This document shows, piece by piece, positions 63,435 through 64,000 of a stretch of 64,000 nt of DNA (position 1 is the stretch's first letter; every line of letters starts with the position of its first letter). The stretch is from a virus (lineage: Duplodnaviria > Caudoviricetes). The translations under genes and the position numbers were made by a program. The stretch spans positions 1 through 64,000 of the IMG/VR virus record IMGVR_UViG_2830687482_000006, one strand, 5' to 3'. A model generated the notes under the pieces. It was not told where the DNA came from. It ran no database searches and saw nothing but the letters and a program-made list of their open reading frames with translations.

Positions 63435-63993
63435 TCACCATATCCGTGAAGTTTAGATCAACCCCTAAAATCCACTTATGTGAAGGATACCTTGGAACCC
63501 AACGAGAAAACCTATGAACACTGCTAGCCAGCGCCAGTGGTGATTCTGATCTTATCAGGCGAAAAACCTTATCATCATGATCTTCCAAATAGCCCTTGCT
63601 TCTTTCCAAGTATTTTCCATTAAAAGAAATTTGACAAAGACCATAATCGAATCTCTGAGTTATATATTGAATACTCCAATTCACAAAAATTAGTTGGATT
63701 GGGGGAAGTCCTTCAACATCCATATTAGTCACTAATATAATTTCTCTCATAGATTCAGGATACCAAGCATCGGTATCATTTTGCTCAGGTTCTTTTCCCC
63801 CTAATAATTTGTTAAGGGCTGTAGCTTCACTTTCTGAGCCACAAGCTACAAAGAAATCTAAATCTTTTACATCTAGGCCATGATCTAAATCTCTTAAAGA
63901 CCCTCCAGCAAGAACTACTTTAGAATGAATAGTTTGAAACTTAAGTAGAAGATCGACCCATTCTTTTGGAATGTCTTTTTCGGTAATCATCAC
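63418..63993 (-). CDS. nucleotidyltransferase (CCA-adding/poly(A) polymerase head domain)
   Basis: LAGGSLRD...KDLDFF, RFDYGLCQI. Confidence 0.85.
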   Translation of the reverse strand: MMITEKDIPKEWVDLLLKFQTIHSKVVLAGGSLRDLDHGLDVKDLDFFVACGSESEATALNKLLGGKEPEQNDTDAWYPESMREIILVTNMDVEGLPPIQLIFVNWSIQYITQRFDYGLCQISFNGKYLERSKGYLEDHDDKVFRLIRSESPLALASSVHRFSRWVPRYPSHKWILGVDLNFTDMVSETIC

Positions 63994-64000
63994 ACATCCC

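Overview
A 64-kb segment of a large, AT-rich, apparently lytic tailed phage (siphovirus-type tail: tail tube, tape measure, lambda-like L/K/I/J tip genes). No host chromosomal genes and no integrase were seen. A circularly permuted two-piece tmRNA points to an alphaproteobacterial host. Layout: (1-4.5 kb) minus-strand early-type small genes studded with ten copies of the palindrome AAGGTTGACGTCAACCTT; (5.3-9.5 kb) SleB hydrolase, accessory structural genes, amidase endolysin, MazG; (9.8-12.8 kb) Prim-Pol/D5 primase-helicase split by one in-frame TGA, and small terminase; (12.9-41 kb) GpA-type terminase, head and tail genes, including an inverted tail-chaperone block with a -1 frameshift, a peptidase-bearing tape measure, a 2129-aa modular TipJ and a SET-domain protein; (41-59 kb) minus-strand DNA metabolism (DUF5664, ThyX, SbcCD, PolA, class II RNR, helicase) with a holin/spanin cassette in antisense; (59.6-64 kb) a translation island with 16 tRNAs plus 2 degenerate ones, permuted tmRNA, RNA ligase, nucleotidyltransferase, an Rmf-like peptide, a D-armless tRNA-Arg(ACG), a class-II-like tRNA-Pro and an unclassified structured RNA. 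All family assignments are by motif recognition only; no searches were run.
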